Source: Octopus bimaculoides (Eukaryota). Taken from it: a DNA stretch of 64,000 nucleotides. Positions 38,756-52,004 of the stretch are shown here, one piece after another. Made by a program: the position numbers and the translations under genes. Under the pieces are notes generated by a model, which did no database searches, was not told where the DNA came from, and saw only the letters and a list, made by a program, of their open reading frames with translations. Location: NCBI RefSeq assembly GCF_001194135.2, contig NC_068996.1:9538296-9602295 (forward strand), read 5' to 3'. Each line of letters begins with the position of its first letter. Within the stretch, counting starts at the first letter, position 1.

Positions 38756-39011
38756 GCGTGCTTCCGTGAAATTCTGTTTTCTGCTGGGGAAACAGTTGTC
38801 ATGCTTCAAACAGCTTACAAGGACATTGCCATGAGCAAAACACAAGCTTACGAATGGTTTTCGCGCTTTAGGAATGGACACTTGTCGCTTGAGGACCGAT
38901 CTCGTTCAGAGCGAGCGTCTACCTTCGGAACGAATGAAACATCATGAAAATTCACGAACAGATCCTTGAGGACCGTCACCGAAAAACTGACGAACTTGCT
39001 GATATGGCTGG

Positions 39012-39278
39012 TGTTGTATTTCCCTCGGAAGACTCGAAGAGATAACACAACGAGTTGTACAATTTAATTATTACATTTATTATTCAATTACATACAAAGA
39101 ACGCACTCACCCAATGTTCGTTATAAATAAACAAAAGTCATGTCCGCCATATATATCTATCAATGACATTCTACTACGACAGTCACACAAGACAACAACA
39201 ATGAAACAATGAACTCAGACGAACCATGGTGACACACGGAACGTCAAACGAATGACATATCCAACAGTCCATATAACA
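39012..39278 (-). mobile_element. 267-bp solo LTR with 5-bp TSD inside the mariner transposase
   Basis: TGTTGTA...TATAACA termini. TSD gctgg at 39007-39011 and 39279-39283. Removing it restores DMAGVSWSSCQRIL. aataaa lies on the minus strand. Confidence 0.88.
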
Positions 39279-39725
39279 GCTGGTGTGTCCTGGAGCTCCT
39301 GCCAACGAATTTTGAACAAGTAACTGCGAATGAAAGAGTTGCAGTAAAATTTGTGCTTCGCTTGCTCGAGGAAGGTCAAAAGCAGTCACGACTGAATGCG
39401 TGTCGCGAACTGAAAGAACCGTTGGAAATTGATCCGGACCATTTTTCGAAGTTCATAACTGGTGATGAAAGCTGGTGCTATGGAATTTGCAGATGTGGAA
39501 GAAGTAAAGAAACAAAAAAATTTTTTAATCCAAGGAGGCTTTGAAAGGCTGCTCCGAATACTGGGAAATACGTCTGGACCGTATCATTGCTTCAAATGTA
39601 GAATACTTTCAAGGCGATAAAAGTGTAAACATGTAAAACTAAGAGGACAAAATAATAGCGCAAAATTCCGGTTTCTTTTGGGTATCCCCTCGTTCGTAAT
39701 GCAAACAAACATATATGCATACATA

Positions 39726-39820
<95 letters not shown>

Positions 39821-40031
39821 GCATATATGCACATGCGTATATACATACACACACATTTATATCGACAGCATCTACTTCTATTGACTAGTGTCCTGTTCTT
39901 AAACCGTATCTCCATCTCTATTTCTGCATATATCTCTGTGTGTATATATATTAATCTGTATACATGTGTATTTGTTTACGCATATATGCAACAATGTCTC
40001 CATTTACTTTTAGCTTGATATGGATAACCGC

Positions 40032-40090
<59 letters not shown>

Positions 40091-40091
40091 C

Positions 40092-40122
<31 letters not shown>

Positions 40123-40439
40123 TGTTTATGTATATATGTATGTTTATGTATATATGTATACAAGTGTACGCTTGTAATTGTTTTGTATACGCATGTGAAC
40201 ATGTACCGACCGACATATACATGTGCTACTGAAATTAACAAACGTAGAAACATGGTTAAGAGTTTGTATCAGTGTTAAGGTGTTGGGGAAAATAAATATC
40301 GAATATCTATCGTGATATACATATAGACATGTACACACACGCGCATGCACATACACACACACACACACAAATACACACACATTTATATATATATATATGT
40401 ATATAAATGTATGTGTGTATATATATATATATATACAAA

Positions 40440-40473
<34 letters not shown>

Positions 40474-40845
40474 NNNNNNNNNNNNNNNNNNNNNNNNNNN
40501 NNNNNNNNNNNNNNNNNNNNNNNNNNNNNNNNNNNNNNNNNNNNNNNNNNNNNNNNNNNNNNNNNNNNNNNNNNNNNNNNNNNNNNNNNNNNNNNNNNNN
40601 NNNNNNNNNNNNNNNNNNNNNNNNNNNNNNNNNNNNNNNNNNNNNNNNNNNNNNNNNNNNNNNNNNNNNNNNNNNNNNNNNNNNNNNNNNNNNNNNNNNN
40701 NNNNNNNNNNNNNNNNNNNNNNNNNNNNNNNNNNNNNNNNNNNNNNNNNNNNNNNNNNNNNNNNNNNNNNNNNNNNNNNNNNNNNNNNNNNNNNNNNNNN
40801 NNNNNNNNNNNNNNNNNNNNNNNNNNNNNNNNNNNNNNNNNNNNN

Positions 40846-40909
<64 letters not shown>

Positions 40910-41359
40910 AAGGAAGAGAGAGAGAGAGAGAAAGTGAGAGAGAAAGGAAGAGAGAGAGAGAGAGAGAGGAGGAAAGGAAACAAAACAGATACAGGATACA
41001 GAATGATAGAATGCATCTGTGTTGGTGTGTTTTTGTTTTTTGTGCGTACGCATGCTTGTATGTGTTTATGAAGGTACATGCATCATGAGAGAGAGAGCAA
41101 CAGAAAATAAGCGAGAAAGAACAGTGTAAGAGAGAGAGGGAGAGAGAGAGAGCGGAGAGTGATAGAGCGTGAGAAATAGAATTGGAATTGGTATTGATGA
41201 TCAATTGAATGTCGAAATGATCTCTCCATGAATGTAGTAAACACCTTTGTTCGTGTTCGGCTTTTTCTTCGCACCGCATCAAATCCTATTTAAGATCACG
41301 AATGATAAATAATAAATAAACTGTATTCTTTAAAAATAAAGATTAACTTTACTTATTGT

Positions 41360-41706
41360 TCTACGCATACATACATACTTTCATACATACATTTATACAT
41401 GCATGCATACAGACATACATACATGCATACATACATACATACATACATACATACATGGATACATACATACATACATACATACATACATACATACATACAT
41501 ACATACATACATACATGGATACATACATACATGGATACATACATACATACATGGATACAGGCAGGTATCCTGCTTACATATATATGGGTATACGTAAGCA
41601 TATATACACATACGTAGGTATATATGTGTGTTTGTGTGTATATATATACACATACATATATGTATATATATGTATATGTGCATATGCATATGTAAGTGTA
41701 TCTATC

Positions 41707-41783
<77 letters not shown>

Positions 41784-41930
41784 GTATGTGTGTATGTATA
41801 TATATATTTTTTTTTTTTCAAAGTAGACTCTGTAATCCATGTATGTATGTATGTATGTATGTATGTATGCACGTATGTATGTATGTATGTATGTATGTAT
41901 GTATGTATGTATTATACACACACACACACA
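41360..41930. repeat. (TACA)n / (TA)n / (TATG)n microsatellite cluster
   Basis: Directly visible. Confidence 0.92.
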
Positions 41931-42657
41931 TACACATTCACACAGACTGACAAACACAAAGGCATAAATACAATACAAACACAGACAGACGCATGCACAT
42001 GTATGCATACATGTACACGTACACTTATGTAGGTTTGCGTTCGTGTATGTTTCTGCGTTCGTGTGTAGATCTACCATTACGTATATACGTCTGTATGTGC
42101 CGTGCGCGTGCGTGCGCGCGTGTGTGTGCAAATCTTTGCATCTCTTTCTTTCGGCTTGTTTCTATTGTCAGCCCACGTCTCGATCTGTACCTCCGTATAT
42201 ATGTCTGTATATACAGATATTATTCAGGAAAGCCAAATATGTCTATCTTTACAATGTGTGCCTACTTGCTTGCATTTCTCAATACGTACTTATATGACTA
42301 CGTGTGTATATATGCACATGTACTTTTCTGATACGTTGGATATTTGTGCATGCGTATGTATGTGCATATGTGAGTGTATGGGTACATGTATATGTATGTA
42401 TGTGTGTGTGTGTGCGTGCGTAAGTGTGTGTGTGTGTGTGCGTGTGTGTGGATAATGCCCTTGCAAGACTTTAAGCTGCATCCTCTAGTGGGCCTCTTGT
42501 TAGGGAGTTCAGGATTTTGAGGAGTGTGGAACCACAACCTAGCCACTGTTGTTCAAGACAGTTGCACCAGTCAAGCTACAGGCAAATAACGAATTGTATC
42601 ATAAACGAACTAATCGAAACCAAATTCGTGAATTCCATTTTCTCCTCCTCTCATTTG

Positions 42658-42692
<35 letters not shown>

Positions 42693-43265
42693 ATCGTGGT
42701 AAGAAAACCTCGTATGATAGCAACAAATTGTAACATTAACACTAACGTCTTAGTCATGGTTAACACAAGCGAAACCGGTCGACTCTGGGAACAAGACCGT
42801 TTGTCAGTTGCTTTTAAAGCAGATGACCTTTGTTCAAAGAACGCGTTATATCAAGCGTTATATCGGAAAAATGGAAGGAAAGTTTAAATCCAGAAATAGC
42901 ATCCAACTTTCGACTTTAGGGCATCCTTAGGCCTAATCNNNNNNNNNNNNNNNNNNNNNNNNNNNNNNNNNNNNNNNNNNNNNNNNNNNNNNNNNNNNNN
43001 NNNNNNNNNNNNNNNNNNNNNNNNNNNNNNNNNNNNNNNNNNNNNNNNNNNNNNNNNNNNNNNNNNNNNNNNNNNNNNNNNNNNNNNNNNNNNNNNNNNN
43101 NNNNNNNNNNNNNNNNNNNNNNNNNNNNNNNNNNNNNNNNNNNNNNNNNNNNNNNNNNNNNNNNNNNNNNNNNNNNNNNNNNNNNNNNNNNNNNNNNNNN
43201 NNNNNNNNNNNNNNNNNNNNNNNNNNNNNNNNNNNNNNNNNNNNNNNNNNNNNNNNNNNNNNNNN

Positions 43266-43334
<69 letters not shown>

Positions 43335-43370
43335 GGATGGATGGATGGGTGGATGGATGGATGGATAGGC

Positions 43371-43411
<41 letters not shown>

Positions 43412-43469
43412 CATACATACATACATACATACATACATACATACATACATACATACATACATACATACA

Positions 43470-43499
<30 letters not shown>

Positions 43500-43500
<1 letters not shown>

Positions 43501-43960
43501 GTGGAAAATCGGTGACAGGAGCAAAAACTAACGCGGAAAAGTCAGTGGGCTTGCAACTCGGCACATGGAGAGGCAAGTCCATACCGTCCAATAGCGTCGT
43601 CGGGCGCTGGACAGACAGTCCAGTTAAATTGCTCGGGGTCTGGTTAAGTCCAGACCTCCAGGTGAAGAAAAACTGGGACCAGGTGGCGAGCAGGGTGGCC
43701 AATCTCACCCAGCAATGGGCTGAGAGGAAGCTATTCCTGAAAGGTCGAGCTGAGGTGACGAATGCATACGTCGCATCCGTCATTCATTACCGCTTGATCG
43801 TCGTACCTTGCCCTTCACTTTCTGTGGAAGGGGCGCGTTCCACTGGTCAGGCGCTCCATCTGCTGTCAACAGCCGCTGAAAATGCTGTGGTTGCTGATGC
43901 ACAGACATGCGCTCAGGCTACGGCATCTCCAGCATTACCTTGACGGTGAAGAAATGCCAG
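43500..43960 (+). mobile_element. Tx1/L1-type LINE fragment (post-RT region)
   Basis: GAKTNAEKSVGLQLGTW...VKLLGVW...NWDQV...RKLFLKGRAEV...HYRLIVVPCP; frameshifted LWKGRVPLVRRSICCQ. Confidence 0.85.
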
Positions 43961-44699
43961 TGTGAAAGGACCAATTCTGAGTATACACCTGTGAAAGATA
44001 AAAGGAGAAGGGCTTTAAAGTGCCTCTCTTTTAGCAGCTTTATATTGCTTGATTGTCATTATTATATATTGTTTATATGTTGTTTATAATGTTTCTTCTG
44101 ACATTGGCAAGTTTGTTACTACCTCTGTAGGGTCTTACTTCAAGGTGCTTCTGTCTCCAGTTTAGGTAGGTTTGTTCAGTATTAGATTTATTTGTGGGAA
44201 AATACATGACATGATAGAAGGCCTTAAGAATTTCTTTATTATCTCTCCTTGACTATTTTCATTCTTTTTCTTTTGGTTATTTGATGACGAACGTGGATGG
44301 CCATCTGCTGGAATAGTCCGGTTGTGGGGTACTTCCAGCTCCTGTGTTTCAGGAATATTTGAACCAGTAGCTGATTTTTCGCGCCCAGTCTGGTACCTCA
44401 CTGGGGTGTGCGGCCCGTGCTGAGTCAGGTGACGGCAGATTCGGTTTGTATTTTGTTTTGTTATCATTGAGGCATGNNNNNNNNNNNNNNNNNNNNNNNN
44501 NNNNNNNNNNNNNNNNNNNNNNNNNNNNNNNNNNNNNNNNNNNNNNNNNNNNNNNNNNNNNNNNNNNNNNNNNNNNNNNNNNNNNNNNNNNNNNNNNNNN
44601 NNNNNNNNNNNCCGGGGATAGTTTTTTGTGGTGTTTTTAAGTTTATGAATTGTTCACTTTGTGTTAGTTAAAAAAATTGTTTTGTTATTTTTTGCTTTG

Positions 44700-44767
<68 letters not shown>

Positions 44768-45537
44768 GCAATCACGAAGTCAGACAGTTAACTTAACATA
44801 GCACCTCACTCCTATACAACGTCGAACTGGACCCCAAATATGTAAAAATATGAATAAAAACAAACCCACTAACAACAGGTCACACCGCAAATCTTCTATC
44901 GTTGAACCAGTAAATAAGTAAATAATAAAATAAATTTATTAATCCAATTTATATCGAATATTTTTTTTATCGATTACAATAAATAAAGATTACAAATTTT
45001 TTTTCCAGAAATTGCATAAAAAACCAGATTAGGCCCTGTGACAGCTTGTTTGATTTGGGCAGAATGGTAGGAAGTCAAAAGATTAAAAATAAATAGGTCA
45101 ATAATTATTTTTTAAAAAAGCATCCTTTGCATGCAAGCAAGGCGGTCATGAACGCATATAAAAAGTAAATCTCTTTAAGTCTGGAAATATAAAATATTAC
45201 AAATGTTATAAATACTGTAGGTCTTTAAAATAAAGTGTATGAGTTTGGTTCAGCAGAAAGTGGGTTTTTAATGACTTTTTTGAAACTTGACAGCGAAAAA
45301 ATTGTTTTTAGCTTTCGTGGTAAAATATTATTCCATATGTTAATACTGTCATAAACAAAGCTTCTTTAGCAAATTCGTACACGGTAAAAGAGCGTTTCAA
45401 AATTCAAGTCAGCGATAGATCTTGTTTGATAGTTATGAGGTAGAGAATGGCGACGGATAATTTCATAGAAATAAGTAAGGCGGTGATGATGAAATATTTT
45501 GTGGAACTTGATGGCAGAGTTGTATATATATATATAT

Positions 45538-45912
45538 ATGTTGTTGTTGGCACTCTGTCGCTTACGACGTCGAGGGTTCTAGTTGATCCGATCAACGGAA
45601 CAACCTGCTCGTGAAATTAACGTGCAAGTGGCTGAGCACTCCACAGACACGTGTACCCTTAACGTAGTTCTCGGGGATATTCAGCGTGACACAATGTGAC
45701 AAGGCTGACCCTTTGAATTACAGGCACAACAGAAACAGGAAGTAAGAGTGAGAGAAAGTTGTGGTGGAAGAGTACAGCAGGGTTCGCCACCATCCCCTGC
45801 CGGAGCCTCGTGGAGCTTTTAGGTGTTTTCGCTCAATAAACACTCACAACGCCCGGTCTGGGAATCGAAACCACGAGTCCGCTGCCCTAACCACTGGGCC
45901 ATTGCGCCTTCA
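45538..45912 (-). mobile_element. tRNA-derived SINE family D with (AAC)n tail
   Basis: Near-identical to 46288-46683 and 62657-63022. A box tggcccagtgg, B box ggtttcgattcc. Confidence 0.92.
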
Positions 45913-46029
45913 CTATATATACATATATATATATATATATATAATAGGTAAGTTGATTATGTCAACAGTCTATTTGTAAATATACGAAGGGATATTTTCA
46001 TTTGAGTCTGGTTTATTTTAAAGGGAGTT

Positions 46030-48845
46030 TATAACAGATCTTTCTTCGTCTGGGGAAAAAGGAAATGCAAAGGAGTTTGGGTTACTAGGGCCCATGTAGG
46101 ACAATGGCGGTGGGAGGAGGGTGGAATCTGATTGTTAAGGTTCGTAGCTATATTAGAGAAGTAATTATTGAAGGTGCAGCCTATGTCATATAGGTTAGTA
46201 AATGATTTAGTTTCCTGTAAAATTTCATGCATGATGTTTCTTTCTTTTTTATTGTTTGTGTGTTTATTGTTTTCTGTTTTCTTCGTGAGGAGGCGCAATG
46301 GCCCAGTGGTTAGGGCAGCGAACTCGCGATCATAAGATCGCGGTTTCGATTCCCAGGCCGGGGCGTTGTGAGTGTTTATTGAGCGAAAACACCTAAAGCT
46401 CCACGAGGCTCCGGCAGGGGATGGTAGCGAACCCTGCTGTACTCTTTCACCACAACTTTCTCTCACTCTTACTTCCTGTTTCTGTTGTGCCTGTGGTTCA
46501 AAGGGTCAGCCTTGTCACACTGTGTCACGCTGAATATCCCCGAGAACTACGTTAAGGGTACACGTGTCTGTGGAGTGCTCAGCCACTTGCACGTTAATTT
46601 CACGAGCAGGCAGTTCCGTTGATCGGATCAACTGGAACCCTCGACGTCGTAAGCGACGGAGTGCCAACAACAACAACAACAATACTGGCAAAAAAGCGCA
46701 TACTATTTATTTATACGATTTCGAATACCACTTGTTAACCATGGTTTAAGGTAAGAATTAGCTGACATTGTTTTGATCGAATAGGGCAATACATATTATA
46801 TATTTCAGAGGAAGTTGTGATAAAAATTTCTGTTTTGCGATTAAAGTCTGAAATAGGAAAAGTTATAAAATTAGAAGTATATGTCTGAAGAGACTTGCGC
46901 ACATTTTATCTAAGGAGGTCTGTGATATTTTGTTATTTGGTTCATGTAAATATCCTTCGATGTTGAATAAGGTGAATGTAGGAGAATGATCAGTTATTTC
47001 TACGTCAAAAACACCAGAATGAGTATTGGAAAGTTGATTATACCATATTCGATCTAGACATGAATCGGAAGTTGTTGAAGAATGAGTAGATAGTGTGATG
47101 AGGGCAGAAAAGATGAAGAATAAAAAGTATTTATTAATTGATTTCCGGCGTTAGTAGGATTTAAGATGTCAATGCTAAAATCATCAGATACAACCGCGAC
47201 GTAGTTCGAATTACAAGAGGACAGAATATTTGATAGACATCAAATGGATGCTGGCATCAGGAGATCGATAAACTCCTATTACAGTGCATGTAGAGGAATT
47301 AATTGTTATTTTAACAGAACATACTTCAATATTATTATTAATATATGACCAGTCATCTATTAAAGAAGAACGTAGTTTGGATTGTACATACACACTTATA
47401 CCACCACCTTTTTCTGATCACGAAAAATATGGTTGCAATTGTAGCCAGGTATATCTGCACTATTGATCATAGTAAACCAGGTTTCAGAAAATACAAGAAT
47501 TTGAGGCATTTTACATAAATTGTTTAAGCATAATAAGAATTCGTCCATGCTTTTATTAAATGAACGCACATTAAAATGTGTTAAGAGAAAATTATAAGTA
47601 GTTTTAGAATGTAAATCGTTAAAAGTTTGAAGGTTATAACGTTTACAGCTTATCATGCTAAATGGGTCAATATTTTCGGGTGTAGCCATTATCGATTCTG
47701 TTTTATCAAGAGGCAGAGTCACGATCTCATTCTTTGCATTAAATTCTTTAGCTGGAATGTCAACAATTTTTGCTATTGAAGTGTCAGCTGAGAGTAATTG
47801 AAGTATATATTCCGTCTTCAGGTCTGCAGAGGCCTCGAGTATGAATTTTTTGTTGATCACACAATTCTTTCACGTTATCGGATGTGACTTTGTGTGTGCC
47901 TTTTTTTTTTTTTTTTTTTGAAAATTCGAATTGCGTTGGAGATTGTTCGAGAAATTGGGGTCGGGTCGGGTAGTTGACACACATTCTCATGCTGTGGCTT
48001 GTTTGTATGAAGTAATTGAGTATCTGCGAGAGGGTTGAGATTTTGAGCATTCAGTTTGTTAGTTGGGGAACCAGGTGTTGTGTCTTTAGGAATTTTGGGG
48101 GTCTGAAAAATCTTAGCCGATGGCGGGAAGATGGAGCCCATGTTGATATCTGGTAGCCCGTTTGAGTTCAGTAGGTGATTTAAGGTGTCCTGAAAACATC
48201 CGGAAGTTTCAGCTTCTTTCATGGAAGCAATAAGGAGATAGAGGGATACTTTTGCCAAAAGATCATTTAGATCAGGTAAACTGGTCGTTATAGCTGAAGC
48301 ATATGATGGAGTGGGTGAGGACTGGTAGTTAGTAGAAACTGGGGGAGGGGTATATGTTGGCATTTTTTAGGGGTTTTTTTCGTTTCGCAGTGACGATTTT
48401 TTTTAACGTTTAGGGCAGGAAAATGACGTCGTATTATGTGGGCCGTTACAGTTAAGGCAGCAAAGAGCAGTAGAAATACAGTTGTTGAATCTGTGAGACG
48501 AAGCTGAGTATATGGAACAAGCAAGGATATCCTTGTTTTTGGAGCAGTCTATTGTGAAATGATTTTCAAGGATAAAGTAGCAGTAACAAATTGTAACATC
48601 CACATAAACTTCAGGTTGAATATTTCTAAGAGGGGTATGAAAATGAACCAGGAAGAGACCACCCAATTGAACCTTTTGCGACATTTCCTGTGAATCAAAA
48701 CACGACTTTAATTGTCTAAGAGTTTGATATTATTTAAATGTCATTTATTGTTATTCCAAGGTTGTTGTTTTGAATTTCGCGCTCGATTTCAGAGGGATCG
48801 TGATCAGTGATCAGAAGATCACAGCGAGAAAGAAGCACTGTTCGC
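46030..48845 (-). mobile_element. APE-type LINE, 5' part (5' UTR, ORF1 with CCHC knuckles, APE domain), degraded; clade uncertain (L2/Crack-like or I-group)
   Basis: ORF1 CLNCNGPHNTTSFSCPKR. APE motifs HFNVRSF, VFSETWF, VIGVYRSP, GDFNIDIL, ITDHSP; then KPWLTSGI and FNNYFSNIA. RT is absent. Confidence 0.85.
46288..46683 (+). mobile_element. SINE family D inserted in the LINE
   Basis: Full head gaggcgcaatggcccagtgg to (AAC)n tail. LINE ORF2 sequence lies on both sides. Confidence 0.92.
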
Positions 48846-48974
48846 TTGGCTTTGATAGAAGCGGATAGTACTGGTGGGGTGGACACATTTAATTGCAGAA
48901 AAGGAATTTATGCAAGAGGTACTGAATATGTTATCGCTACGTTCTGAGTTCAAATTCCACCGAGGTTGAAATTT

Positions 48975-49105
48975 TTTTTAGATTACGGAACGCCCCGCTC
49001 TCTCATGTATCCATGTTTAAAATTTCAGCGTGATCGGATGAACAATACTCGAGTTATAAGCGCACAAACAGACAGACAGACAGAAAGGATTTTATATATT
49101 AAGAT
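48975..49105 (+). mobile_element. Helitron/Helentron-like non-autonomous 3' end
   Basis: aaatttcagcgtgatcgg...gagttat...(acag)n...ttatatattaagat resembles Lep1/DINE-type ends with a (CTGT)n tract. Confidence 0.5.
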
Positions 49106-49269
49106 ATATATATATATATATATATATACATACATACATACATACATACATACATACATACATACATACATACATACATACATGAGCGTTAAACTAATAC
49201 ATCTGTTTGTTGTCTACACCGCTTGCCTTCGTCTTTTGTGTTTTTGTGAATTCTCCCTATATATATTTA

Positions 49270-49690
49270 TATATATATATACGACGGGCTTTTTTCAGTT
49301 TCCGTCTACCTAATCTACTCACAAGGCTTTGGTCAGCCCGTGGCTATAGTAGAAAACACTTGCACGCAATGGGGCTGAACCCAGAAACATGTGGTTGGGA
49401 AGCACACCTGCGAAGTGTGTTTGCATTGCATGTATATACAAATTAGAGTCGATGATGTAACCAGAAATGAACTATGAACCGGAAGTAAATATTTCGCTTT
49501 TCATATCTCAATTTTGAACATTTATATACATGTATATACGGAGGTAGATACATATATATAAATATGTATACATAACGATATGCATTGAAACACCACGATA
49601 CAATTACATGGACAAATTTATATATACATACATACATATATATATATATATGTATGTATATATATATGTATATATATATATATGTGTGTG

Positions 49691-49722
<32 letters not shown>

Positions 49723-49885
49723 CGATGGGGGATAAGCACAGACACAAAGACACAAACATACACACATATGTACAACGAGCTTCTCTCAGTTTCCGTCTAC
49801 CAAATCCACTCACAAGGCCTTGGACAGTGGTACTGAACCCGGAACCATGTGGTTGGGAAGCAACCATTTTACTACACAGCCTCCC
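49270..49885 (-). mobile_element. Two SINE family A head fragments among microsatellites
   Basis: ttcagtttccgtctacc...actcacaaggc...gaacccggaaccatgtggttgg at 49270-49410 and 49720-49885. Confidence 0.8.
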
Positions 49886-49927
49886 CTCCATATGTATGTA
49901 TATATATATATATACATACACATGCAT

Positions 49928-50066
<139 letters not shown>

Positions 50067-50191
50067 ACGGAATAGTTTTGGTGAAGTATTTGTATGGTAT
50101 AACTTTAAAGAGATTTCTTGTGTAAGGCCGTAATAATGCGAGAAGGTAAACTACAAAAGGAAAACAAAACATAGTTGCAAAACAAAGCGAT

Positions 50192-50295
50192 GGATGGAAA
50201 AGTCGTTGCTCAGATGAGCAACGACTTCTCCATCCAACACTTTTGACAAATGTCCTGAAGAAGTGGTCGTAACCTCGAGATATAGAAATAAAAGG
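50192..50295 (+). mobile_element. Probable PLE end relic: 20-bp hairpin + degenerate hammerhead motif + aataaa
   Basis: Hairpin 50192-50235 (1 mismatch), then atgtc-CTGAAGA-a-gtggt-cgta-acctc-GAGA-ta-TA-gaaat. Confidence 0.5.
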
Positions 50296-50485
50296 TAAAA
50301 CTGCAACTTTGTATTCTTTTTCTCTCCCTTTTCCTTCTGTAGTTTACTTTGTACCTTCTCACATTGTTCCGACTTTACTCAACAAACTTCTTTACTATAT
50401 ATGTGTGTGTGTATGTGCACGCGTACGTGTCTGTCTGTCTCTATGTATGTGTATATCGATGGATGGATGTATGCATGTGTGTGTC

Positions 50486-50560
<75 letters not shown>

Positions 50561-51894
50561 ATATACTATTGTGTATTTTGCTTTTAAGTCTCTTAAAAAA
50601 TACATTTCAGTTTGCAGAGCTTGTCTTTACTTAAAGTTCTTTATAACAAGGCACATTATTTGCTGTTTAAGTGTGGTGTATTTTTTTTAATAACCGTTTT
50701 CTTTGCGTATTCGTTGTTGCTGTGTAGCTGAGTCTGAGTATCTGTAAATTGGAAATACTTTAAACTTTCTAAGTTTATTCCTATATATCTCACAACATGT
50801 CCACTTGACGGAATTTTTCTCTTTTTATTATTATTTATTTGCTATCGTCGTACTGTTATTATTTTGAGCAGCAACAGCATGGTTGTTGGATATAGTTTTC
50901 CAGACATCAACATGTCATGATAATCTCTTATTTTAAAGGTTTGTCCATCTTTGATCTTCAACTGCCTTTGGTGAAATATGACACAATATAGTCTTTTGTA
51001 ACAATGATATTGTAACTAACTTTCGCACTAGTTATATTTTCCAAAGTCGTAGGTTATGTTTTTAATGACTTGTTGATTTTTTTCCAGAAATTTTTCTGTT
51101 TTTTTATTTTATTGTCTTATATGAATTTTCTCTTTGTAAGGTTTTACAAATATGGTCAAACATTTCAGAATTTCAAGGGTTAAATTCTGAAACAGTCATC
51201 AAAACATTTTTCCATTATACTTTTTACTCTCCTTAGATCTTGAAAGTTTACTTTTTGTTCTTACTATGCTATTTCTAATTAGACTCATTGGAAATGCTCT
51301 TTGAATAAACGTTTTTCAGTTCGGCTATTCATTGACAACATTTTGCTGGATATAATACTATAGGGCGTTTGTTTTTGTATGTTAATGATGACGAGATGTG
51401 AAAAGATGACACCTCTTTGAATCGTGGGTTTAGAGTAGTTGTGTGCTTCTATCTACTCACCTATTTTCCTGATTAAAATATAAAAACAGCAATGGTTGAA
51501 TTCCATTATGAATTTAAAATTACAATTTATTGATGACTTTTTTAACTATGGAGATTATCCTGTCTTAAAGTGAAGCTGTCAGTCATCTAGATATCTTTTC
51601 ACTTCGTCTTTTAATTATGTGTAAAATCTGCTTCTAAATATTTGTAAAGATTCATCATAAATTGTCCTTTTGTGGTTGCCCATCACTTAATTGACTTAAG
51701 TGGATGCTAATTTAATACCCTTCACAGTCCTTGACTTTAGGTAGAAAACGCTGAGTCATTGTTTTTTAATATGAACTTCGGGATTCGGACTAAAAACAAA
51801 ATTGCCGATTTATTCATCTTTGGCCTTAATTGATCCGCTCCTCTATTTTGAATCGATTCTTGGAATCAGTGTGTTAAAATATTGGCTTGATATA

Positions 51895-52004
51895 CGAGGA
51901 GTGTATGAAAATTCTTGAACCTCAAAAAAAAAAAAAACACAATTCACAAGACTTCTGATGAAGGTACAAGACTTCAAGGCCCAAAACTTTTCATACACCC
52001 CTCG
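51895..52004. mobile_element. 110-bp mariner-type MITE
   Basis: TA|cgaggagtgtatgaaaattcttgaacct ... aggcccaaaacttttcatacacccctcg|TA. Confidence 0.8.

Larger units (their letters stand above)
37747..39692 (+). mobile_element. Mariner transposon relic, internally deleted, with two nested insertions
   Basis: TIR-like ends ta|cgaaagggcatccaataaccgg and ccggtttcttttgggtatcccctcg. HTH VKFCFLLG...MLQTAYKDIAMSKTQAYEWFSRFRNG, catalytic ITGDESWCYG, C-terminal IASN.EYF.GD. Confidence 0.9.

Noticed and set aside
44162-44467. 101-aa ORF on the minus strand
   Set aside because: Low-complexity and possibly a LINE ORF1 relic, but there is no diagnostic motif, so it is not called.
51952-51980. ctgatgaagg motif
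   Set aside because: No downstream GAAA or stems; it lies inside the mini-mariner.
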